64,000 bases of DNA from a virus, in IMG/VR virus record IMGVR_UViG_3300030419_004440, positions 24,939 through 88,938 of that record; one strand, 5' to 3'. This document shows positions 56,061-64,000 of this stretch, one piece after another. Made by a program: the position numbers and the translations under genes. The first letter of the stretch is position 1. The number at the start of each line of letters is the position of its first letter. The notes beneath the pieces were generated by a model that saw nothing but the letters and a program-made list of their open reading frames with translations, made no database searches and was not told the origin of the DNA.

Positions 56061-56508
56061 TTTCTAGTTTCCTTAATGTGTCCAGTACGTTTTTCTTTCC
56101 GAACCTTGCTCTACGGTGCTGGGCGTTCTTTTTTACTTCTACACTTTGTTTCGGTTCGGTTTCATTATCTAATAATAGCTGATACCTTCTAATAATCCCA
56201 ATCGCTTTTGGGTGTTTTAATGAAAAAATATTAGCTCTTTTGAAATCGTCTGAATTTACAGCCTTTACTAAAGCACGTTCGGTTATTTTTTTATCCTTTA
56301 ATATTTGAGTAGCGAGCCTCATTTGGAATTGGAAGATTCTTTTCCAAGGTTCATTATTCCAGAATTTAAATGATAGAGATCCTTGGTTGTTATACTCGGC
56401 TCTTTTTTTGCACATTATTTCTGCTACATAAGCAGCACACGTACAGTAGTCTCCAGTGCTCTCATGCTTATATTTACTCTTGTTCGTCCTTTTTCTTTTT
56501 TTCTGCAT
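56041..56508 (-). CDS. Basic hypothetical protein
   Basis: Start MQKK at 56508 with GAGGAGG RBS. Confidence 0.55.
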   Translation of the reverse strand: MQKKRKRTNKSKYKHESTGDYCTCAAYVAEIMCKKRAEYNNQGSLSFKFWNNEPWKRIFQFQMRLATQILKDKKITERALVKAVNSDDFKRANIFSLKHPKAIGIIRRYQLLLDNETEPKQSVEVKKNAQHRRARFGKKNVLDTLRKLENGEEEA

Positions 56509-56902
56509 TGTAAATAATTCCCTCCTCAAAGCAGGAGTAGATGTCATCTTCATATTCTTTTTCCTTTACTAGCTCTGGTATTATCCACATTTGCTTGTGG
56601 ACGATATCATCCTTCATGGTGCCTACGGTGTAGTAATTTTTAGTTGTGCCACCCATTTGCCCCAAGACGGATCTCACGAAATAAAGCCCGTCAATATCCG
56701 ATACATCTATTTTAATCTCATGAGATCTGAATTGAAGCCTGAAATCCTCAATGAAGATAGACCTCTTCTCGCAGTATTCTTTTATGTCATGCCACACCTT
56801 ATAATCATGAAAAAATGCTTCATGACCATCCGTAAGCTTGACCTTTACCCATACTACGGTTTTGTTTTGCCTGTATTTTTCTAGAAATTTTTCGTTATTC
56901 AT
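56474..56902 (-). CDS. Hypothetical protein
   Basis: ORF track; overlapping operon packing. Confidence 0.55.
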   Translation of the reverse strand: MNNEKFLEKYRQNKTVVWVKVKLTDGHEAFFHDYKVWHDIKEYCEKRSIFIEDFRLQFRSHEIKIDVSDIDGLYFVRSVLGQMGGTTKNYYTVGTMKDDIVHKQMWIIPELVKEKEYEDDIYSCFEEGIIYNAEKKKKDEQE

Positions 56903-57218
56903 TTTTGATCTTTGTTACACATCTTCTTCTTTGTGATTTATTCTGATTAAATGTCGGTCTCATATCGTCTGCCATGATAGATGCGTTGGGTGTCATTACG
57001 ACTGACCCCTTTTCATTTTTTGCAAACTGTTGGGAAAGTAGAGTTTCACTTTTCTTTTCTTTTCCATTTTTCGATATGCCGTTTTTTTCTATGAAGTTTT
57101 TTATAGATTTTTTTGTTCTATCTAGCTCTTTGCATAGCTGATCTACATTCATCTCATCTGAGTATTTGTTTTCTATATAGAACTTCTCTGCTTTGCTTAG
57201 TGGTCCGGTTTTAGTCAT
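56895..57218 (-). CDS. Hypothetical protein with a possible HTH
   Basis: VDQLCKELDRTKKSIKNFI. Confidence 0.5.
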   Translation of the reverse strand: MTKTGPLSKAEKFYIENKYSDEMNVDQLCKELDRTKKSIKNFIEKNGISKNGKEKKSETLLSQQFAKNEKGSVVMTPNASIMADDMRPTFNQNKSQRRRCVTKIKNE

Positions 57219-57540
57219 TTAAAAATCCTCTCTGAGCTTTCGTTAAATAAATAGAGTTGTTTGTTTTAAGATACATCATGTAAAAATCAAAGGTATTTTT
57301 GGAGACTTTTGTAAACATAGACTCTAAGTACCTCTTTCTGCTGGAATAGGTTCCCAAGGGGTCGTACAGATTGCTTTGTAGAACCCTTGCATGGTAACTC
57401 TTTTCTGAACCGTTAACGTAAACGATTTTACCGTAAATGTCTTTGGTTTTTTTGTTTTCCAGTATGGTGCCATTTCTATCGAATAAAACTTCATGTTTTT
57501 CCGGTTCTGAAATAGAATCTTTTATTTTGTGTAAGGCCAT
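57211..57540 (-). CDS. Hypothetical protein
   Basis: ORF track; operon packing. Confidence 0.55.
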   Translation of the reverse strand: MALHKIKDSISEPEKHEVLFDRNGTILENKKTKDIYGKIVYVNGSEKSYHARVLQSNLYDPLGTYSSRKRYLESMFTKVSKNTFDFYMMYLKTNNSIYLTKAQRGFLND

Positions 57541-57897
57541 TTATTTCTTCCCCTCCATTATATATCTATGTTTTTGTTGTTCAGTCATTTTTTGCACCTC
57601 TTTGTTCGTTGCCGTCCTATGCTCTTCATGCCAAGATTTTTTTTGTGTCGGTGTATTCTCGGCGGCCCTATGCTGATTTTCCTGAATTATAGACTTGTTG
57701 TTTCTAGTGTTCCTGTCGGCCAACTGACCTATCGTGTTTACATTTTTTACCGATACGTGAATTCCGCCAGTCACCACTCTGTAAAGTCTTGGCTCTTTAC
57801 ATTCTGGACAAAAGGATAACGGCTCATCTTTAAAAGATTGCTGAATATCTGTAAGTTTGTGTGAACAGTTTTCACATTCGTAGTCGTATAGTGGCAT
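57541..57897 (-). CDS. FmdB-family zinc-ribbon protein
   Basis: MPLYDYECENC...CPEC. Confidence 0.85.
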   Translation of the reverse strand: MPLYDYECENCSHKLTDIQQSFKDEPLSFCPECKEPRLYRVVTGGIHVSVKNVNTIGQLADRNTRNNKSIIQENQHRAAENTPTQKKSWHEEHRTATNKEVQKMTEQQKHRYIMEGKK

Positions 57898-58560
57898 TTA
57901 AGTCTCCAGTGCGTGTAAAACTTTACCTATTATGTCGTTTCTCTGTATGTCTTCGTATCCCAGTTTACATATGGAAACACCTTCAATTCCATCAAGCTTA
58001 TTGATACAATAATCTAGACCGCTCTTCCCTCTTAAATCATCTTGGTTTACGTCGCCGTTTATAAGGACTTTGCTGTTTTTGCCCATTCTTGTTATAAACA
58101 TCTTAATTTGATCCACTGTACAGTTTTGAGCCTCATCCAAGATCATATATGAATTATGAAATGTAGACCCCCTCATTATCTCAAGAGGTTTGTAGTGGAT
58201 TTGTCCCTCATTATCATAGTGCCCATAGTAAGATTGACCAAGGAAAAATTTTAGATTCTCTTTCATTGGTAGTAAATATGGTGCTATTTTTTCTCCAAGC
58301 TCTCCGGGTAGAGAGCCTATTTCTTTACCCGTGCAAACTAACGGTCTTGTGACTATTATTTGTTCTATTTGTCCTCTATGTAAGTGCTCGGCTGCTATCC
58401 CCGCCGCCACAAAAGACTTGCCAGATCCCGATGGTCCCGAACAAAAAACTATGTCGTTTTCTATAATTGATCTAATATAATTTTTTTGGTTTTCAGTTTT
58501 TGCTTCTAGGTGTTGAATTTTAGGTTTAGCGTCTCTTCTGTTTCTTCTCGTTTTTGACAT
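57898..58560 (-). CDS. phoH: PhoH-like ATPase
   Basis: GPSGSGKS, LPGELGEK, MRGSTF, LDEAQN, GDVNQDD. Confidence 0.93.
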   Translation of the reverse strand: MSKTRRNRRDAKPKIQHLEAKTENQKNYIRSIIENDIVFCSGPSGSGKSFVAAGIAAEHLHRGQIEQIIVTRPLVCTGKEIGSLPGELGEKIAPYLLPMKENLKFFLGQSYYGHYDNEGQIHYKPLEIMRGSTFHNSYMILDEAQNCTVDQIKMFITRMGKNSKVLINGDVNQDDLRGKSGLDYCINKLDGIEGVSICKLGYEDIQRNDIIGKVLHALET

Positions 58561-58567
58561 TTAGTTA

Positions 58568-58984
58568 TTAGCTCTCGTTGTTTTTAAGATCAGTTTCTTT
58601 TACAAAAATTCCGTCTACCATCCGGCCTTTTCTATCCTTTATATCTTCCCACGCTTTCTCTAAACAATCCTTAAATGATAGTCCGTTACGCTCCATGATG
58701 TTTAGCATCACCACGAGCATGTCACCGAGGTCGTCTCTAATATCTCCCCCTTTGCATATACTATCGGATAGCTCTCCAAGCTCTTGTAATAGTTTAAGTG
58801 CCTGATCTTTATCCGTGCTGCCCTTTATAAGGTTTCTATCATAATGCCAATCTATAATAAGGCTAATTAGAATTTTTAAGGGGATAATGCTGTCCTTGTT
58901 AGGTTTTGGTAGCCCGTCTGATGAGGGGCGAACATTTTTGTGTAGCTGGTTCATCCTAGCGATATGGTCGTTATTTTCTGTCAT
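58568..58984 (-). CDS. MazG-like nucleotide pyrophosphohydrolase
   Basis: KLLQELGEL..DDLGD..IKDRKG. Confidence 0.85.
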   Translation of the reverse strand: MTENNDHIARMNQLHKNVRPSSDGLPKPNKDSIIPLKILISLIIDWHYDRNLIKGSTDKDQALKLLQELGELSDSICKGGDIRDDLGDMLVVMLNIMERNGLSFKDCLEKAWEDIKDRKGRMVDGIFVKETDLKNNES

Positions 58985-60054
58985 AGTTTCATGTCTCCAA
59001 AGTCCATGTCCTCTAAGTCATTTTTACTCGCACCAATCTTGTAACTGGTAATTTCGTGTTCCTGTGGTGCAACCTGAACACTTTCGCTATGCATCCACGC
59101 CTGAGTCCATCCAGCTATTGGGTTTTTACCCACGCTTTCATACGGTAGCCCTATCATTTTTCTTCTGCTCATACATAACCAATCAATGTACTGATGGAGA
59201 ACCGTCTCATTCAGCCCAAGCATAGAGCCGTCTTTAAACAGGTATGATGCCCATTGCTTTTCTTCGTTAGCTGCACTCTCAAACATCTCAACTGCCTTAT
59301 CTTCACACTCTTTGGCTATTTTTACAAACCCCTCGCTTTCTTCGCTTTGTAAAATCTTAAGTATCTCCTTGGTGTTCGTGAGATGAAGTGCCTCGTCTCT
59401 TTTTATAAGCTTGATTATATCCGCATTGCCAGCCATTTTTTTGTTTTCGGCAAACGCAAAAGAGCAGATGAAGGATACATAAAATCTTACAGCCTCAAGG
59501 ATATTTATACTCATGACCGTCATGTATATCTGCTTCTTTATATCGGACAATTTATTTTTATCGCACGCCATTCCCATTAAGTTATTATAATCACGTATCG
59601 CACTGTTTGCCCGTTTCATTATCTGTTTGTCTTGATAGATGCCCTCGAAGACTTCTGAGCTATCTGCGTATACATTTTGAATGATATATGAGTATGATTG
59701 GCTATGAATCTTTTCAAAAAACTGCCACGTCATAAGGCAGGCTTCTAGCTCTGTGTTTGTGACAAACTCTAGCAAAGTTGGTACGCCACGACATATTACA
59801 CTGTCCAGCATGGTTTGATACTTTAGGTTTGATGTAAAGATAAACTTTTCATTGTCCGACATCTCCTTAAAGTCGCCACGGTCTTTCTTTAGCTCGATTT
59901 CTTCTGGCCTCCAGAAGTTCATCATCTGCTTGCTATCAAGATCCTTAAATATTGGGTACTTGAGAACATCGTAACGTTGAACACCTAAGTCCTTACCCAA
60001 AAACAAGGGTTGCGTCATTGGGTCTATATTTTTTGTATTAAAGATAGTTTTCAT
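58981..60054 (-). CDS. nrdB: Ribonucleotide reductase class Ia beta subunit
   Basis: FWRPEE, LDS, EKIHSQSY, LEAVRFY, RDEALH. Confidence 0.95.
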   Translation of the reverse strand: MKTIFNTKNIDPMTQPLFLGKDLGVQRYDVLKYPIFKDLDSKQMMNFWRPEEIELKKDRGDFKEMSDNEKFIFTSNLKYQTMLDSVICRGVPTLLEFVTNTELEACLMTWQFFEKIHSQSYSYIIQNVYADSSEVFEGIYQDKQIMKRANSAIRDYNNLMGMACDKNKLSDIKKQIYMTVMSINILEAVRFYVSFICSFAFAENKKMAGNADIIKLIKRDEALHLTNTKEILKILQSEESEGFVKIAKECEDKAVEMFESAANEEKQWASYLFKDGSMLGLNETVLHQYIDWLCMSRRKMIGLPYESVGKNPIAGWTQAWMHSESVQVAPQEHEITSYKIGASKNDLEDMDFGDMKL

Positions 60055-62279
60055 ATTGCACATGCTCCAGAGTCGCAGTTCATGCCCTTCTCGGTATCGC
60101 CATCTCCGTCTGGCGTGTTGGCGTAATAAAAATTCTTTAGTCCGTATTTATACCCGTAAATTTGATCCTTGATCAGAGTGCTGAGAGGTATATTTCCATC
60201 GTCATAATGGTCATAGTTATAGTAAAGGTTTGTGCTCATGCTCATATCTACAAATTTCTGAATAACTGCCGCTATATTCATTATAGCGGTATTGCTGGGC
60301 ATATCCCAAGCCAAAGTATAATATTTTTTTCTCATATGGTAATTTGGCACCAGTTGTTTTAATATTCCGTTTTTCGCCTTCTTGTGTATTAATAGGCTTC
60401 TTACGGGTTCTATGCCGTTTGTACTGTTCTGAATTACACTAGAGGATTCGCAGGGCATAATAGCAGATAAAGTAGAATGTCTCAGGCCGTATTTCTTGAT
60501 CCTTTTTCTTAGCCCCTTCCAGTCCATATTATAATTTGGTTCTATTAATTCGTCAACAGTTTTTTTGTACCAATCAATTGGCAATAAACCTTGGGCGTAT
60601 TTAGTGTCCTCAAACTTTTCGCAAGCACCCTTTTCTTTTGCTAGATCGCAAGAGGCGTTAATTAGATTCCATTGTATCTGCTCCATCGTTTCGTGTACTA
60701 ATTCTAGTGCGGCTTCGTCTTCATACTTTAGTTTATTTTTGGCTAAAAAACCAGCTAGGTTGGTAATTCCTACGCCAAGAGATCTCCTGTTTTTTGTGAA
60801 GTTCTCACCAGCTAAAACTGGGTAGGACTGATAGTCAATGACCGCTTCTAATGTGCGAACAGCCATGCGGCACGCATCTTCTATGTCTTTTTCGTTTCCT
60901 AATTCTAGCAAATTAAGTGCGGAAAGGATACAAATTCCAATCTCTCCTTCTGGGTCATCAATTGATTTTATGGGTTTTGTTGGATGTATAATTTCTTGGC
61001 ATAGATTACTCATGTATGCTGGTATACTCCAAGATCCATTTTCATTCGCCGTGTCAATATTCATACTGTAAATACGACCCGTTTCAAGTCGTTCACGAGC
61101 AAAGATTTCAGCGAGTTTGCGTGCAGAAACTTTCTTTTTGAACTTTAAAGACCTAGCGTTTTCGTACTTAAGATAAAGTTCTTCAAATTTTTCGTTGTTC
61201 CCAAAAGCTTCATATAAACCCTTGGCTTCTTGCGGACTAAAAAGGGTTACATCTTCATTTTTAATTAGTCTGTCGTAAAAAAGTTTGCAGAATTGTATCG
61301 AATAATCTAGTTTGCGTACACGGTTATCGTCCGTTCCCGCATTATTCTTAAGAACCATCACATCTTCTATCTCGTAGTGCCAGAATGGGATGTGTACTGT
61401 AGCAGAGCCTCCACGTAGGCCGTTCTGAGATGTTGACTTAACGGCTGATTCAAAGTTTTTTAGATAGGGAATGAGTCCTGTGTGAATAACTTCACCCCCA
61501 CGGATAGGTGAATTGATCGGACGCATACGCCCTATGTTCAGACCAATACCTGCACGTCTTGCTGTATACTTACCAACCGCGTGAATAGAGGAGAAGATAC
61601 CGTCGAGGTTGTCATCAACATCAACCAAAACACAGCTTGCAAACTGTCTGATGTTGGTTCTAACTCCGGCCATGATAGGTGTCGGAAGATTAATTTTAAA
61701 AGTGGAATAACAATCATATGCCTTTTTCACTTCTTCTAAAGTACTAAACAGACACATAGCTATACTCATATACGCAAACTGGGGTGTTTCGTGTATTACT
61801 CCAGTGCTTCTGTTCTTGACTAAGTATTTGTCTATTAACTGTTGTAGGCCAGCATAAGTAAACAGGTCGTCCCTTTCATGGTTCATGTATTTTGAAAAGG
61901 TGTCTATATCCTCATCTGACCACTTCTCTAATATTATGGGGTCGTAGATTGCGTTATCTACATTTCTCTGCAAGAAGGTCAAAAAGTCTGTTGGCCTGTC
62001 TCCGTACCCCCAGACTTCTTTTCTGAGCTGCATGTTAAGGAGTCTAGCTGCCACATATTGGTAATTAGGACTGGCGGTGGAGATTAAGTCGTTTGCTGAT
62101 TTAATCAATATTTGATGTATTTCAACACTTGAAATTCCATCGTATAACGACAGATTCGCATTCATAACTATGTCAGAAAACGAAACACCATTTATATCTC
62201 TGGTTGCCCACTGCACTACCTTGTGAATTTTTTCGACTGAGAAATCTTCAGTTTCTCCATTTCTCTTGGAAACTTGCAT
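60051..62279 (-). CDS. nrdA: Ribonucleotide reductase class Ia alpha subunit with ATP cone
   Basis: VSKRNG cone, ETPQ, PTP, SCVL, SNLCQEI, NGIEP, C-terminal CDSGAC. Confidence 0.96.
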   Translation of the reverse strand: MQVSKRNGETEDFSVEKIHKVVQWATRDINGVSFSDIVMNANLSLYDGISSVEIHQILIKSANDLISTASPNYQYVAARLLNMQLRKEVWGYGDRPTDFLTFLQRNVDNAIYDPIILEKWSDEDIDTFSKYMNHERDDLFTYAGLQQLIDKYLVKNRSTGVIHETPQFAYMSIAMCLFSTLEEVKKAYDCYSTFKINLPTPIMAGVRTNIRQFASCVLVDVDDNLDGIFSSIHAVGKYTARRAGIGLNIGRMRPINSPIRGGEVIHTGLIPYLKNFESAVKSTSQNGLRGGSATVHIPFWHYEIEDVMVLKNNAGTDDNRVRKLDYSIQFCKLFYDRLIKNEDVTLFSPQEAKGLYEAFGNNEKFEELYLKYENARSLKFKKKVSARKLAEIFARERLETGRIYSMNIDTANENGSWSIPAYMSNLCQEIIHPTKPIKSIDDPEGEIGICILSALNLLELGNEKDIEDACRMAVRTLEAVIDYQSYPVLAGENFTKNRRSLGVGITNLAGFLAKNKLKYEDEAALELVHETMEQIQWNLINASCDLAKEKGACEKFEDTKYAQGLLPIDWYKKTVDELIEPNYNMDWKGLRKRIKKYGLRHSTLSAIMPCESSSVIQNSTNGIEPVRSLLIHKKAKNGILKQLVPNYHMRKKYYTLAWDMPSNTAIMNIAAVIQKFVDMSMSTNLYYNYDHYDDGNIPLSTLIKDQIYGYKYGLKNFYYANTPDGDGDTEKGMNCDSGACAI

Positions 62280-62324
62280 TAAATATAATCCCTTTATTTT
62301 TATATCACACGATGTATTTGTTTC

Positions 62325-62353
62325 ATTGTAGTATACCTAAGCTCGTTTGTCAA
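62325..62353 (-). promoter_or_regulatory. Near-consensus sigma70 promoter TTGACA-N17-TACAAT
   Basis: Perfect -35 box and 17 bp spacer, directly upstream of nrdA. Confidence 0.8.
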
Positions 62354-62365
62354 GTGCTTAGATAC

Positions 62366-62398
62366 AAAAACCCCGTAAGAAATTTGATTCTTACAGGG
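62366..62398 (-). terminator. Rho-independent terminator
   Basis: On the - strand CCCTGTAAGAA-loop-TTCTTACGGGG-TTTTT. Confidence 0.8.
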
Positions 62399-62406
62399 TC
62401 GGGTGT

Positions 62407-62580
62407 TTATTTAGTTATTTTTATCTGGATGTTATCCCCTATTTGTACAAGGATTATATCTTTTCCATTCTCCTTTGTGAAAGTAACCATGTCTATAATT
62501 TCAGTAGCTTTCTCGACATGCTCCTTTTTTACATCCAGCTTGTCAAGAATTGTTCCGATAATAGTTTCAGTTATTCCCAT
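62407..62580 (-). CDS. Small hypothetical protein
   Basis: Start MGITE at 62580 (TAATG overlap). Confidence 0.55.
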   Translation of the reverse strand: MGITETIIGTILDKLDVKKEHVEKATEIIDMVTFTKENGKDIILVQIGDNIQIKITK

Positions 62581-63050
62581 TACTGATGAACCCCCCAAGC
62601 GACGGCGTTTAAGCAGTCACGAAGGTTTTTTCTCTTTTCATCTGTTAGTTCGGAGTCTTCTAAACCTATAGTGTTTATCACTACTGTGTCTATTTCTTCT
62701 CCTAGAGATGGGTATTTATCTTTAAGCTCAAGACCGGCAAAGTTAAGGCCTCCAGATTTGATGTTAAACTCTCTAAACTTGCCTGTTGAGTCAAGGAAAC
62801 CCGGATCTGACCAGACAACATCAGCTAGCTCTAGAAAGAAGTCTGATATCTGTTTCGCATCTTCTTTTTGTATATCTATAGCTGTAATGTTTTTAACCAA
62901 GGTTTTATACTCTAATGCTGGCTCATCTACATTTACTGAAGGTACATTGACAATCTCCACGTTGTCCTTGATAACTTCTATGATCTGCTCCCCAAAAAGA
63001 GAAGCTCCAGCTAAAATAAGTGCGAGTATAAGTCTAATTGTTTTAGACAT
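62580..63050 (-). CDS. Membrane-anchored or secreted hypothetical protein
   Basis: N-terminal hydrophobic segment. Confidence 0.6.
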   Translation of the reverse strand: MSKTIRLILALILAGASLFGEQIIEVIKDNVEIVNVPSVNVDEPALEYKTLVKNITAIDIQKEDAKQISDFFLELADVVWSDPGFLDSTGKFREFNIKSGGLNFAGLELKDKYPSLGEEIDTVVINTIGLEDSELTDEKRKNLRDCLNAVAWGVHQ

Positions 63051-63363
63051 TCTTCACCCCCTTGGCGTCTTTCATAACAAACAGCGGAAATATTTTATCT
63101 AATTCATTGCAAGCCTCTTTTAGGTTTGCCTTGTCACACCCAACTTTAAGATGCTCCCAACACCTAATGATATCAACTAGAGTTGAGTCTTTGCTTGTTT
63201 TATAATCAACGCTAACTTCAACCAGTTGATCGTCAACGGGAGTAGGTGTGTAAGGTTTTGGTTCTGGCTTAAGGTTTGAAATGGCATCTCGGATTTTATC
63301 CCAGAAAACACTTATAGCCAACAAGGTGGCTATCCCAAGCGTAATGATTTGAAAAGAATTCAT
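63043..63363 (-). CDS. Membrane-anchored hypothetical protein
   Basis: N-terminal TM helix followed by a Pro-rich linker. Confidence 0.6.
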   Translation of the reverse strand: MNSFQIITLGIATLLAISVFWDKIRDAISNLKPEPKPYTPTPVDDQLVEVSVDYKTSKDSTLVDIIRCWEHLKVGCDKANLKEACNELDKIFPLFVMKDAKGVKNV

Positions 63364-63366
63364 TTT

Positions 63367-63711
63367 TTACTCCTGTATACTTTCCATTAATTCAAACAGT
63401 TCCATCTCTGACAAGGAGGTTCCTACCTCCGAAAAACTTCTATACAAAATCTTTCTTTGTTTTTTGTCTTTAAAATTCTTCCTGACTTCTCTTTTCAGGA
63501 GAATGGTATGAAGATAACTCCTTTTTTTGATAGCAGAGGCTATGGCCTCTTTTGAGTAACACATATATAATAGCTTAATGACAGATATAATGCAATTACA
63601 AATTGCCATAATAGTAAAGGGATCAAAGGAAAAGTCTTCATCTTTTGCCTGAGCGTGAGCTAACACTCTCTGTGCAATTTTGTTTTGTATGTTTGGTATC
63701 TCATTGTTCAT
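63367..63711 (-). CDS. Hypothetical protein
   Basis: FDPFTIMAIC hydrophobic segment. Confidence 0.55.
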   Translation of the reverse strand: MNNEIPNIQNKIAQRVLAHAQAKDEDFSFDPFTIMAICNCIISVIKLLYMCYSKEAIASAIKKRSYLHTILLKREVRKNFKDKKQRKILYRSFSEVGTSLSEMELFELMESIQE

Positions 63712-64000
63712 CGTTTAACTTCTCTTTTATGGTTTCGGTCATCTTGGTTGCGTCAATAAACCCCGAAACACGGTGTATCGGGTTATTTAAATCGTCTTTA
63801 TCTACAAAAATTACGGTCGGATATCTTTTTACCTTATAATAAAAAAAGAACTTCTTATGTTCTGGGTTGGCTTCATCAAAGATAAAAAGCTTGGCTTCCG
63901 TATCTTCTATTGCTTTTTTGACCCTCGAACTGGCCCAAGTCTGTTTCTTCATCTGTTCGCAGGGGGCACACCATTTCGCCCCGAAGTGGTAGATGTTGTA
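63701..64000 (-). CDS. Thioredoxin-fold protein, 5'-truncated by the window
   Basis: Frame reads YNIYHFGAKWCAPCEQMKK from the window end; cis-Pro YPT motif. Confidence 0.85.
   Translation of the reverse strand, partial: YNIYHFGAKWCAPCEQMKKQTWASSRVKKAIEDTEAKLFIFDEANPEHKKFFFYYKVKRYPTVIFVDKDDLNNPIHRVSGFIDATKMTETIKEKLNDEQ

Noticed and set aside
62300-62325. NrdR box upstream of nrdA (ACACGATGTATTTGT)
   Set aside because: Several mismatches to the palindromic consensus and no tandem second box
1-64000. Bacterial chromosome segment, alternative genetic code, or tRNA genes
   Set aside because: Gene content and packing are phage-like. ORFs are full length in code 11 with all three stops used. Intergenic gaps are short and show no cloverleaf.

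Overview
This 64 kb window is an internal piece of a large dsDNA tailed-phage genome (about 40% GC by eye, densely packed, many ATGA/TAATG gene overlaps). I saw no rRNA, tRNA, CRISPR array or integrase. The + strand from 1 to 18.1 kb carries very large, probably virion-structural genes (including an FG-GAP beta-propeller protein), followed by a small radical-SAM/beta-helix accessory block. Everything after the convergent terminator at about 18.1 kb is on the - strand. (i) A ~20 kb operon runs from ssb through about 20 glycosyltransferase, sugar-nucleotide, methyltransferase and deacetylase genes to a homing endonuclease and an annealing-protein-like gene. (ii) DNA polymerase III alpha (dnaE) is split into two intein-less genes with a dnaQ gene between the halves. 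(iii) A 6 kb island of mostly exported proteins holds three divergent Tat-signal DUF1501 paralogs, a PAP2 phosphatase and Cys/His-rich small proteins; this suggests a Planctomycetota host. (iv) A replication and nucleotide-metabolism block encodes a Cas4/RecB-like nuclease, dNMP kinase, primase, GuaC, DnaB, RecA, PhoH, MazG, NrdAB and thioredoxin. The best candidates for undescribed systems are the phage-borne triple DUF1501 island, the dnaE-N/dnaQ/dnaE-C polymerase, and a glycosylation operon next to Ser-Gly-enriched virion proteins. All calls come from reading motifs by eye; no database searches were run.
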